From Psammoneis japonica (Eukaryota): 64,000 bases of DNA. Below the pieces are notes generated by a model, which had not been told where the DNA came from, ran no database searches, and saw nothing but the letters and a program-made list of their open reading frames with translations. Location: contig QPGO01000029.1 in assembly GCA_008632985.1 (NCBI GenBank), positions 508,874 to 572,873 of the forward strand. Reading direction: 5' to 3'. The position numbers and the translations under genes were made by a program. This document shows positions 1 to 11,327 of this stretch, piece after piece (the first letter of the stretch is position 1; every line of letters starts with the position of its first letter).

Positions 1-3000
1 CAGAGCTCATTGCACTGCAGTGTGGCCATGATTGACATGCCATGGATGGCTCTGACAACTTGGATGTAAAGGACTCTCTTGCCTTTCTCCAGGAACACAT
101 GATGTCCATGCAGGTTGGGATCGATGCTCACTGGCATGTCCACTGACACTCCTGTGATCTTCATCACAATCCAGTCTTTGCCTTCTCCAGCATCTCAGTC
201 TGCACAAATGCACCTGGAACATTGGTGCTCATTGCTCATTTTGTCATGTCCTTCATGGTTGTCAACAATTGCCATCATCAACAACATCCACTTGGGGGAT
301 GCAGCAGACTGGCTGACTTGTCTTTGTCTGGCCATTCTTGGGTTGGTTTGCCCCATCACAGACCATCTGCTTTTTTGTGTGACCGTCTCATTTCTTGGCG
401 CAAGGCCACCATGGCCTTGATCCTTTCAGTTGGAGCCATGTTCTTGACCAATGCTGGTGCAAAACACATGTTGTCATGCAGCTGTTTGACTTCTTTCTCT
501 GAGGCATCATGCCCCTTCTGGCCAAATGCTTTGAGGCACACTCATGAAGCAAATGTTGCTGGGCAAAGCATGAGCCCTCTCCACTTCAGAGTCTGTCATC
601 AACCTCACACATGAAGTGTGTGAGCACCATTGCTGTTCATGCATCACACTCTACATTGAACTTGGGTTGGGACTCAGGTTGGCATGGGAACAAAGGTGCA
701 CTTGCAGGGATTCAATGACTTGTCCATGTGCAGGTTCACAGCACAGTGACTGCTTTTGGGAGAATCAACAAAACATGGTTACAGGCAGGTGCTGTTGACA
801 CCAGGTGCTTCCAGGGCCATTGTGTTTGTCTTGTCATTCTCAATGGAAATGACAAGTTTCCCAAACTTGAGCTAAATGTGTTTGTTGCAGTCCAGGTTTC
901 TTTGTTGCATGACAGTGTGTGAACTGCAGGTGTCAGAAATCCCTTCTTTTGCTGGTGTGCATGTTTGACATGATGACAGTGTTCTTCATTGTGGCTTGCT
1001 TGCACATCAGTTTGGGTGTCGTCATGTGTGGCATGTGGTGTGTGGTGGCTCAGGTTTGCTCCTTGATGGTCTGAATGCTTCACCAAACTTTGGGAACATG
1101 ATCCTTGGCATTCACAGAGATGAGCTCTAGATTTGCACAATTTGCAGCTTCTGCTGGCATGTCCTTGAACTTGGGATCACACTCAATGAAGTCAATCTTA
1201 AAGCAATGGGGCCATGTTGCACTGTTGGAGCATCACATTGTCCAAGGCTTTGCAAACATGTTCATGCTTCTTGGACTTAAGTGTCACACTCAATCAGGGC
1301 TTGATTGTCTTGCCAACCGTGTGCAGCATCAGTGCACTGCTGCATGCTTCCACAATGTCGGTCATGCCTTCTCTCTGCTTTTTGCATGTCTCAGGTGGCT
1401 GGCATGTCAATGATGTTGTTCCTCTCATGAGAATGCTGCACATGCTTGGTCTTGCCTTTGAGTGCATGCATTGGTGGATCCCACATCGCCACCATTCTGT
1501 CCACATCCTCAGGCAGGATGGGTGGGTTCTTCAACTGATTGGATCACAAAAGCAATTTGAAATCCCTTGCACTGGGTGTTCCAGCCTTGCTGCATGGTCT
1601 CAATGCTTCCTCAGCATTCACCACCTCTTGTTCAGCGCAGCCTTTCATGCTCTGTTTCACAGTTGAAGCAACAGCTCCCAATGCACTCCTGTGCTTTTCG
1701 TTGGTCTTTTTCACAACCTTCTTGTCCTTTGACAGCATGCTCACATGCAACTCATCTTCTTGGAGTTCTTTTGCATGGTTGAAGAATTGCTGGCTTGGTG
1801 CAAATGTGTGCAGTCCAATGCTGTTGACTTTGAACACTCTGACCTGTTTGCCAGCAGTCTTCTCATCCAGTGGACGGAACTCATCTGCCACTTGGTTGTT
1901 GCACACAATGCAGCACTTGCTCTTCACATCCTTGAGACTCAGGATGTTGGCTTTTGTGTTCTGCAATCTGAGCTCCTTGTCACCCCACACTGGCACAGTG
2001 CAGTCATTGTCCAAAGTGTCCACTCCTGCACTGGTGGAAAGATCAATCTTGATCCTTGCCCATTGCACGTTGCTTGTGCACTGGTCTCCAGCTTGCTGTT
2101 GTGCCAAAGGTGGAGCTTTTGTCAAGGATGATCTCATCTAACTCAGTGCTGACATCAGCCAGGCTCAAACTCATCTCCGGTCCTTCTTTGACCTGTTCAT
2201 CCAGCTGGAGCCCTTGCCATGCAATGTTTCTTCTGCCAGAGCTTGCAGATCAACTTGATCTGTGGGCGTCAATGCTGGCATCATTGCTGCTCACTGATGA
2301 AGAGTCTTCATTTCTCTGTGCATGACTCTGTCCCCTGGCATCTGGTTTCCTGCTGGTGTTCTTGTGCCAGTCCTTCTGCAGGATGTCATCCTCACATTGC
2401 AATCTGGGGCTGACTTGTGGTTTGCCTCACCACAACAATGGCACATTGCTTTGTTGCTCTGCACATGACTCTGGTCTTGTGGGTTCTTGGGTTTGTTGTT
2501 GCCCTTGTCCTCTTTCTTGTCATAAAAACCAAACCTGGTTTAAAGTGCTGTTGTGCCTTTGCCTCGCAGCACCAATGCCGGCCAACCCACACTTCTGGCA
2601 CACCCCACTGGGGGTGTGGCAGAAGCTTGTGCAATTGGCCAGACACAGCACCTCCAGAAGAAGGTGCCCAACAGAAAAACCAGCAACAGCACACTTCTTT
2701 CAGACTTTCTTCTTTCAATCGGGGTCTTGCCATGGACAGCCAATTCTGTGTGCAGGTGGTGCAGTGTGCTTGATTCTCCTAAAATGCATCTGACAAAACT
2801 CTGCAGTCTTCAGCCAAATGCTTTTGATGTTTGTTGCATGTCACAGTCAATTTGGTCTCCCATCCATCTCTGAGAAGACTTTCTTGAACCTGCATCACGA
2901 CCATGTGCCAGCCAATTTTCTCCTCCCAGAGTTCTTTCTTGTCATTCAGACTTTCATCATTCTTCTTCTTGTTCCACCTCTTGCACAGATTGTTGTCTTT

Positions 3001-4449
3001 CAGCTGGTTCAGCAACACATCCATTGCCTTCTCAAGGGTCTTTGGGTGCAAATCTCCCTCCCCAGGCTCTGCAGTCTCTCACGAGGCTCTTCTTGAGACT
3101 CTTGTGGCAGCAGTCATCACTGTTCTCCATGAACAGGCATGCAGCCCATGGCTCAAATGCAATGTCCTTCAGTGTCTGTTGATCCAACAGTTTGGCCTTG
3201 GTGCAGCACTTGCACACTCCTTGACATTCTTGATGAGTCCACTCAACATCTTCCTGCCAAGGCCTTCACTTGCAGTGTCCCATTGATTCTTTAATCTTGA
3301 CAGGCAGTCATTCAGTGACTCCTCATTCTCTGATTGTTTCACTTCCAGCATGTGCTTCAGGGACTTGACAAGTGCATGAAATGGATGTTGACCTCTCATG
3401 GAGTTGAACACAAGTGACTGGATCAGCTCCAACATCTTGATTGGGTTGTCTCTGATCCTTGAGCAACTGGGGTTGGCCTGCACTCTTTGCTTTGTCAGCT
3501 TGGAGCAGCAATCATCTGGGATTGTCACAAATGTGGCACTCTTGTTTTCTTCAAGCTTCTTGCCTTTCTTGTTGCAGTCATGCAACTTGATTTTGTGCTC
3601 ATGTTGTTCCAGCTGCCTTTCTTCTCTGGCCCTCTCATTCACCATTTTCTGGCAATCTGTGTCTGATGCTGGTTGCACTGCTGCAGATGGCATCTGAAGT
3701 GTTGGACTCACACCAGCAAAAGTCATGCATGCCATGTCTTCCAGGGACCTTGCCAGATGCACATCTTGATCATGCTCCTTCTGCACATGGTTGACAATCT
3801 TTTCCTTGGCATCTTTGAACATCGCATTGTGGGAGTTGCTGTTCATCGATGATGGACAAAACTTCATTTCCAGCTTGAAGCTTTTCCTGGGGTCAGTCTT
3901 CTTGTCCCCATCACAGCCAGACTTCTGGCCTCTGCCACCCTTGCCTTGGCCATGATGCATGACCTTGGCCTTTGGTGCTCCATTCTTCTTCCTCCTCTGC
4001 CACTCACAAGGCAGCTGACTTGGATGATGAAATGGAGGTTGGCACCGCATGCACCAAACACTGTGCTTGTGACTCTTTGGAGTGAATGTTGAACCAACAA
4101 GTCAATGTCACCAAAAGGGAATCCTCTGGGGTTTCCTGTGCCACTCGTCACACTTGTCCTGGCTGCTGTGGCAGCTGTCGTGGTGTGCCTCTCTGGAGGC
4201 TCTCCAACAAACTTCAATCTCATGATGTGAGGGGCACCTGCTGACACCACAATGCAATTTGTGTGAACCAGATGATTCCATCCAAGGAGTGAGACAAAAG
4301 AAGGTTGGTTAGATTAGTGACGAGTGCACGCTCCATTCCAAAGTGTCGCCTGGTCCGCCGTGGCCGCTGGCAGGATCAGAAGCATCTTCTCTTTAACAGA
4401 TCCACTTCCGGGTCTCTCACATTTCCTGCTCATTCTAGATGCTCCAACA
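1..4449 (-). mobile_element. Decayed Ty1/copia (CoDi-like) LTR retrotransposon, family A, copy 1; runs off the window's left edge
   Basis: Minus-strand fragments in copia order: putative 5' LTR ~4449-4253 (TG...CA), PBS-like TGGTGTCAGC at 4249-4240, gag-like ORF 3169-4050, protease/integrase remnants ~550-2300, RT N-terminus (LKAFGQKGHDASEKEVKQLHD, 356-541). Many stops and frameshifts. Clear nucleotide similarity to the copy starting at 19627. Confidence 0.8.
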
Positions 4450-4632
4450 TGTGGACCTCTGCCACCAACTGGAGTTTAGAGCTGGAGTCAGCTGCACTGT
4501 TGGAGCAGCGGCATTGCTGTGGCTCTCCCATCGTTCTTTGGGAGGAGTGCCGCAGCTGCACGAAGTGCGCAAGAGACAACGGTCAACGCACAGACTCACG
4601 ATGAGCGAATGCTCGCTCGCTCGCTTTTCACG

Positions 4633-4816
4633 TGAATAAATGCTGATGTGCTGTCACGTGTGTAGGCAGTTTAAGCGCTGTTGGCGATTGGTCCACTGTC
4701 GCTTATTTAGTGGCCCCAGCAGCGTAACATCTCACAATTCTAGAACCTGTTGATGCTGTTCAACACTCTGTCTTGTCTTACACCCAATTCTTAGCTATCA
4801 TGGCAGCATTTATTCA
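4633..4816 (+). repeat. 5' LTR of the family B element
   Basis: Starts TGAATAAATGCTG and ends CAGCATTTATTCA (13-bp inverted termini). Aligns ungapped with 11144-11327. Confidence 0.95.
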
Positions 4817-5362
4817 CTTTGTCAGAGCCAATGCGCTGTGATGTTCATCGCCTGGAACGGGCATCGCGAACGGTGCGACGGTGTCGTTGCGATCGATCGA
4901 TTTTTGCGGCAAGCGCCATGTTGGTCCCATGGTTGCTCGCGCAATCGCTGAGTCCTTTACACACATCAACATTCATGGATATGAACGACATGCTCTTGGA
5001 GACCAGAGCTGTGATCCGTTGGACATGACGCTAGAGTGTGGAATGTTTGATCACGTGGATGGAACATGTTGGCTAAGACACATGAACATTCGTGACAAAG
5101 CCAACATGATGATTTATGTGTGGAGGTCTGTCATTTGATCACACACATTTCATTAATCAAAATACGTTGTCAAATTGTTTGGACACTGCACATGTGGACA
5201 CATGTCTGTTGGATGTCATTGCTTGGGAGCAACACCGCCTGCTCGCGGGTTCGCCAAGTAGAAACCGCCAAATCGGCACGAGAGCCACACATTTTTCTCA
5301 CTTTCCTCCACTCACACAAGTGGATGCTCACGCGTCGAAACGCGAACAACTGCTGATGCACC

Positions 5363-6782
5363 ATGGCCGCTGCCGCAGCCTTTGCCACCTGTCTTGCGCG
5401 TTGTGGACACAATGCACAGACGCGTGCCCACATGGCCCGCCAAGGCTTCACTGCGATCGAGGACCTGGAACAGGTTCCTTTGACGGAAATCACCGACATG
5501 ACCAAGGGCATTGTGAAGAGCGTGGATGCCGCCGCCAACCCCCAAGTCCGCTTTCCCCACCTGGCAAATCGCAAGCTCAAGGCACTGCATGCATGGATTG
5601 ACTGCCGCAGAGCTTGGAATCAAGAGCCGACCACTGCTCTCTTCACTGGCAACGTTGTTGGGACATGGACGGCACGTCTGACGGAACTGGAGCAATTCAA
5701 GTCCGCCGACTCGGATGACGAATCGGCCGCCAAAACCGCCGTGGAACTCAAGAACCTGTGTGACTGGCCTGCCTTCCAGGAGCCATTGGAGACCGAACTG
5801 CGTCACCACCGCAGCACCGTTGCCGGAGTGCCCCTTGTCCACCTGGCCAGGGAACATGAAGAAGTCACCGCCGAGATGTTGGCTGCTGCCCACACCACCA
5901 TTGACGAGGACCTTGTTGCTGCCACCTGTCTTGCAGGAGCTCAGTGTGCGCAGGATGGGCAACACCTGCATGACCTCTTGAAGAAGTTGGTGATGGGGGG
6001 CCCGGATGGGCTTTTGTCAAACCTTCCAATCGCAATCGCGATGGTGCACTGCCTTCTTCGCACTTGAGAGGCAGGCGGAAGGATCGGCTGCCACCACCAC
6101 CCAAAAGAACCGTGCACATGCACAGATTGCTGCTGCAAAGTGCACCGGATGGGGTCGATTTACATTTGACCAGTGCACCCAGCGTCATCAAAAGGCTCAC
6201 AAGGACTTGTCTGAGCTTGACGAACCGGTGGCCGAGACCAAGAAGGTCTCTGACTTTCTGAAGGGCATCTCCAACCCCAGGTTGGAAACTGGAAGAGCGC
6301 AGTGGATGGAGACCCAACGAAGCGAGCGGACTTCTAGGCATGCCAGCAGCACATGAAAACTCTGGTCGAGAATGCCAAGAACCGCAATGCCGACGCTTGC
6401 GGGGTTGCATCCATCCAACGCCACAACAATCGGCGCACTGACCCTGGTGGGAAGCACCAACCTAAAAAGGATGAGCCCAGAATCCGGGCAGGCCATTGTC
6501 CTGTTGAAGAGTGGAGTGCTCTTGACGGTCCTGAATGAGAGCAAGTCCAAAAGCTCCGCGATGCCAAGAAGGCCGAGAAGAAATGCAAAGCTGCTGCTGC
6601 GTCCTCGGAGGCTGAGTCGGTCGATGCCGAAACTCGCGCCGCAAAGAAAGTGGCTGTTGCCGAGCCTGCTTCTCAACCCACTGACACACCAGAAAGACTC
6701 TGAAGAGCCTGACAAACCTGCTGCCAATGCAGGCACCCAGTTCGGACGCAGTGCGCACAAGAAACCTCAGAAGGAGGAATGA
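5363..6782 (+). pseudogene. Frameshifted gag-like gene of the family B copia
   Basis: Overlapping ORF pieces 5363-6067, 6006-6356 and 6353-6538/6372-6782 between the LTR and the protease. Motifs resemble diatom copia gag (DWPAFQEPLETEL, KKVSDFLKGISNPRL). Confidence 0.7.
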
Positions 6783-9700
6783 ATGGTTGCGCCAGCACTG
6801 GGAGGCATGGAACCGATTGTTGCCACACCTGCTGGCACTGTTCATTTGTCCAGGCGATTCTTGAAGGATGTGCACGTCTCTCCATCATCTGCTGGAAATT
6901 CAGATGACGAAGCCACCACTGATTTGGACTCGCACGCTGACACGTGTGCCGTTGGGTCCAATTTTGTGATGTGCTCTGACATCGACAGAACTGTCATGGT
7001 TCACCCCCACTCCGAAGAGCACGCACCAATGGAAAACATTCCCATTTGCACGGCTGCCACCATGTGGGTTGATCCAACTGATGGACAACCATGCCTGCCA
7101 CTGGTCCACGAGGCTGTGTTTTTTGGGGACAAGATGACCAACACCCTCCTGTGCCCCAACCAACTGCAAGCGAATGGGCTGATTGTCCACGACACCCCTC
7201 GCCAGTTTGATCCGACTGGCACACACTCCATTTCTTTCCCTGACTCGAAGATCAGGATCCCATTGTGAATGCGAGGTGTTGCTTCAGTCTTTGATTCACA
7301 CAAGCTGACAAAGGAGGATCTGGAGAACCTCCCCCGGCTGGAACTCACATCACCCCTGAGATGGGAGCCTTCTGCTGATGCCCTGGCACAAAAGGAGGAA
7401 GCGCATGCATGTGCCAGTGCGCACCAAGGATCAGCAAAGTCGGACGGACGGTCGGCGATGATGAATGCGACCAGGTGTGTCGCTTCCATTCATTCACACC
7501 AAACGTCCTATCACGACGAGAGTGTCATTGTGGATGCCAATGACGACGAATCACTGCATCACCGCCTGGTTGCTCAGGTGAATGTCTCCCACAACGACAC
7601 TGAGGGAGACGGGCTCCACGACCGGCATGACTTAGATGTCCACCCGGATTGTGCTGAGCGGAGACGGGTGTGTGCACTTTCGACCTCGAGTCGTGCATCG
7701 ACTGTCACGCCCGAGATGCTCTCTAAAAGGTGGAACATTGGCCTGACGGCTGCCAAGAACACCCTTGGAGTGACAACCCAGGCAGGGGTCCGCAATGTCT
7801 GCACACCATCTGAACAGAAAGTCTGGAAGAAAGCCCCTTGGCTTAAGTTCCCTGCTGTCAAGGGACGACTCTACTCCGATCAGATGTTTTCGAAGGTTAA
7901 ATTGATGCATGGCGAGACAGGAGGAAGCGTGTTTACCAACGGAAGAGGGCATGATGGGTTCCATCCTTGGAAGAGGAAACAGGACCACCCAGACGCCGTC
8001 ATGTCATTCACACATGACGTTGGCGCGCCGCAGGTCCTTGTGTCGGATGGCGCACCGGAAATGGCAGAAGGCCAGACCAAGGAGATCTGCAAGGAACACA
8101 GGATGCACCAGGAGGTGTCCACTCCACACAGCCCATGGCAGAACCTGGCCGAGGCATCCATTTGTGAGTTGAAGAAAAGAGTCCGTGTGACTCTGCGCCG
8201 GACTGGCGCTCACAGGCGACTTTGGTCCTGCAGCGCCAAATGGACATGTGATGTCCGATGCATGATTGCGACTGGCACATCGGACATGGGAGGACGAGTC
8301 CCAGAAGAGGAGGTGACAGGTTCAACACCCGACATCTCTTCCCTCTCTCTCTTTGATTGGCATCAACCTGTGCATTGCTGCATGCCTGTGGCGGAGTTCC
8401 CACACGAAAAGAAGTGCATTGGCCATTGGCTCGGAGCAGCTGACAATTGCACTGACGACATGGCATTCATTGTTTTGCCCGAATCAGGCAAACCCATCAT
8501 CCGGAAGGATGCGTGGGCCATGCCGGAGGATGACCTTAAAACTCCGGCGATCCTGACAGATCTTGCATCGGTCGAACAAGCTTTGATCGAACGGCTCAGC
8601 ATCCCGGAAAAGGATGCCAGTGCTGACTTCCCTGAACTCCCTGATGACTTCATGGACGAATGGGACGATGCCGTTGAACCCGTGGAACCCGACGCTTCCA
8701 AACTGGAAGCTGATGAGTGCACCCCGGAAGGGCCAGATGAACATCTCACGGCTCAAGTCATGTTGCCACGAGGAGGCGAGCTGACTCATGCTAGGGTCAT
8801 TGCACGCAAGCGAGACAGCGACGGGGTTCCCATCGGTGCTAGGAACGACAACCCTGTCCTAGACTCGAGGATTTACGACGTGGAATTCCCTGATGGATCC
8901 ACTGATTCCTGTGCTGCCAACATAATTGCAGAGAACCTGTTCACTCAGATCGACTCTGAAGGGAATGCCCACCAGATCATGAAGGAAACAGTCGATCACC
9001 GACGTGATGCCCGTGCTGTGACGGCCGATGATGGGTGCACAACGACTGAGACTGGCAGGCGTGCTCCTGGGAGGACGACAGTGGGCTGGGACCTGCAAGT
9101 CAAATGGAAGGATGGGACCACATCCTGGGTTCCTCTCAAGGATTTGAAGGAGTCCAACCCAGTCGAGGTTGCTGAGTGCGCTGCAGCGAACAAAACAGCC
9201 AGTGAACCAGCCTTCAACTGGTGGGTCCGAGACGTCTTGCATCGCAGGTCGAGGATCCTGAAGAAAGTCAAGTCGCGTTGCTGGAAACGTGCGCACAAGT
9301 TCAGAATTGAACTCCTGAAATCTGTTGAGGAAGCCATGGAGACAGACAACAGAATGGGGACCGACTTCTGGTTCAAAGCCATCAAGAAGGAAATGCATGA
9401 CGTCATGCCTGCGTTCGAATTCCGCGATGACGATGCTGCGCCGGTCGGGTGCAAACACATTGACTGTCACATGATCTTTGACATCAAGAGCACTCTCCAA
9501 CGTAAAGCGAGGTTCATGGCCGGAGGCCATCAAACCAATCCACCTGAGGAATCGACACATTCCAGCGTGGTGTCGCGTGACAGCATTAGGATGGCATTCA
9601 CTGTGGCAGCTCTGAATGACCTGGAGGTCCTGAGCGCTGACGTTCAGAATGCCTGCTTGAACGCACACACTGAGGAAAAATGTCACACCACTGCTGGCCT

Positions 9701-10991
9701 GGAATTTGGGAAGCAGAACGAAGGAAGGCCGGTGATCATTGTCCGTGCCTTGCATGGTCTCAAATCTTCAGGTGCAAGATTTAGGGAGCATGTGGCAGCC
9801 ACTCTGCGGGACGCTGAATTCGAGTCTTGCAATGCTGACCCGGACATCTGGATGCGGGCTGCGGTTGAGCCGGATGGCTTCAAGCACTGGGAACATGTGC
9901 TTGTCTACGTGGATGACTTGTTGTGCGTCTCCCATGAACCTCAGAAGGTCATGGATTGCATGAGCTCCAGGTGCACGCTCAAGGACGGAAGCATCTGCAA
10001 GCCGGAAGAGCACTCAGGCGCCCAGATTGGAAAGCACCAGCTGTCTGACTCGGATGGTGAGACACACTGGGCCATGTCCTCTGACCTTCGTGTCAAAAGG
10101 GCATTGGCTGACGTTGAATTGGAGCTTAAGAAAACTGACAGGCGTCTTCCGACAAAGGCGTTGACACCCTTGAGCTCGGGACACAGGCCTGAACTGGATG
10201 GTTCACCCGAGTTGAACACCAAAACAGCCAACTGCCATCAAGGCCTTGTCGGTGTGCTGTGGTGGGTGGTTGAACTGGGGCGAGTGGACATTTTTGTCGC
10301 TGTCTCGCTCATGTCCTCCCACTTGGCGGCACCACGAGTTGGACACCTGGACGAGGTGCTCCATGTCTTTGCATGCTTGAAGGCTCATTCTAAGTCTGCG
10401 CCAGTGTTCGATGACACTGAGCCCGTCTTTGACAAGAGTCGCTTCACCAAGTGTGATTGGGAAGAATGTCACCCTGGCGCGGCTGAACCAATGCCGCCAA
10501 ATGTGCCAGAGGCACGCGGGAATGGCATGACTGCCACTTGCTTTGTCGATGCTGATCACGCCGGATGCCGTGTGACGTGCAGGTCCCACACTGGGATCCT
10601 GATCTTCATCCAACGAGCGCCCATCTTGCATTGCTCTAAGCGGCAGAATGCCACAGAGTCCTCTGCTTTTGGGTCGGAGTTCGTGGCTATGAAGACTGCA
10701 GTGGAGCAAATTGAAGCCTTGCGTTGCAAGCTTCGGATGCTCGGAATCCCCATGGATGGGGCCACCAACGTTTTCTGCAACAATGAAGCTGTCTTCAAGA
10801 ACTCAACTAAACCAGAGTCCACTTTGAAGAAGAAGCACAATGCAATTGCCTGTCACAGGACTCGTGAGGCACAAGCCGCTGGAATGGTGCGCATTGCTTG
10901 GGAAGATGGGCACACGAATCCAGCGGACACACCAACTGAGTTGTTGCCTGGACCGAAGCTCCGGGAAATCATAAGTCACATCCTGTGGTGA
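6783..10991 (+). pseudogene. Copia pol polyprotein (aspartic protease, integrase, RT, RNase H) with one in-frame stop at 7266-7268
   Basis: Protease LDSHADTC; integrase SDGAPE...PHSPWQNLAEASI; RT DVQNACL, ALHGLKSSGA, VYVDDLL; RNase H FVDADHAG, SSAFGSEFVAM. Conserved Tyr residues are mostly replaced by Cys/His. Confidence 0.93.
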
Positions 10992-11143
10992 GTCCCAAAA
11001 GGGGACAAACCGAACGGGTTTGCCGCGCAGGTGCGGCTTTTTCCCACCCCCAAAATGCAATTGCTGCCCTGGAACAGGGCAGCATCAGGTTGCATTTGTC
11101 AGTCAATCTGACCCAAGCAGAGCTGGCGTCAGTTCGAGGGGAC

Positions 11144-11327
11144 TGAATGAATGCTGATGTGCTGTCATGGATGCAGGCAGTTTAAGCGCTGTTGGCGATT
11201 GGTCCACTGTCGCTTGTTTGGTGGCCCCAGTGGCGTGACATCTCACAATTCTAGAACCTGTTGATGCTGTTCAACACTCTGTCTTGTCTCACACCCAATT
11301 CTCAGCTGTCATGGCAGCATTCATTCA
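11144..11327 (+). repeat. 3' LTR of the family B element
   Basis: TGAATGAATGCTG...CAGCATTCATTCA; 14 mismatches to the 5' LTR by manual alignment. Confidence 0.95.

Larger units (their letters stand above)
4633..11327 (+). mobile_element. Near full-length Ty1/copia (CoDi-like) LTR retrotransposon, family B, inactivated
   Basis: Two 184-bp direct LTRs with TG...CA ends, CACG on both flanks (possible 4-bp TSD), purine tract GAGGGGAC before the 3' LTR, and internal gag-PR-IN-RT-RNaseH order. Confidence 0.95.

Noticed and set aside
7269..10991. Alternative genetic code or Tyr avoidance
   Set aside because: Neighbouring host genes use Tyr normally, and non-coding LTRs and codon-boundary TA sites are equally affected.
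4633..11327. CpG deamination as the sole cause of the TG/CA excess
   Set aside because: CG is still common in this element, and paired sites show TA, not CG, in the unmutated copy.
4633..11327. Editing during retrotransposition (APOBEC- or ADAR-like)
   Set aside because: That would be strand-biased and largely shared by both LTRs. Here A->G and T->C both occur, the LTRs differ, and non-retroelement DNA is affected too.
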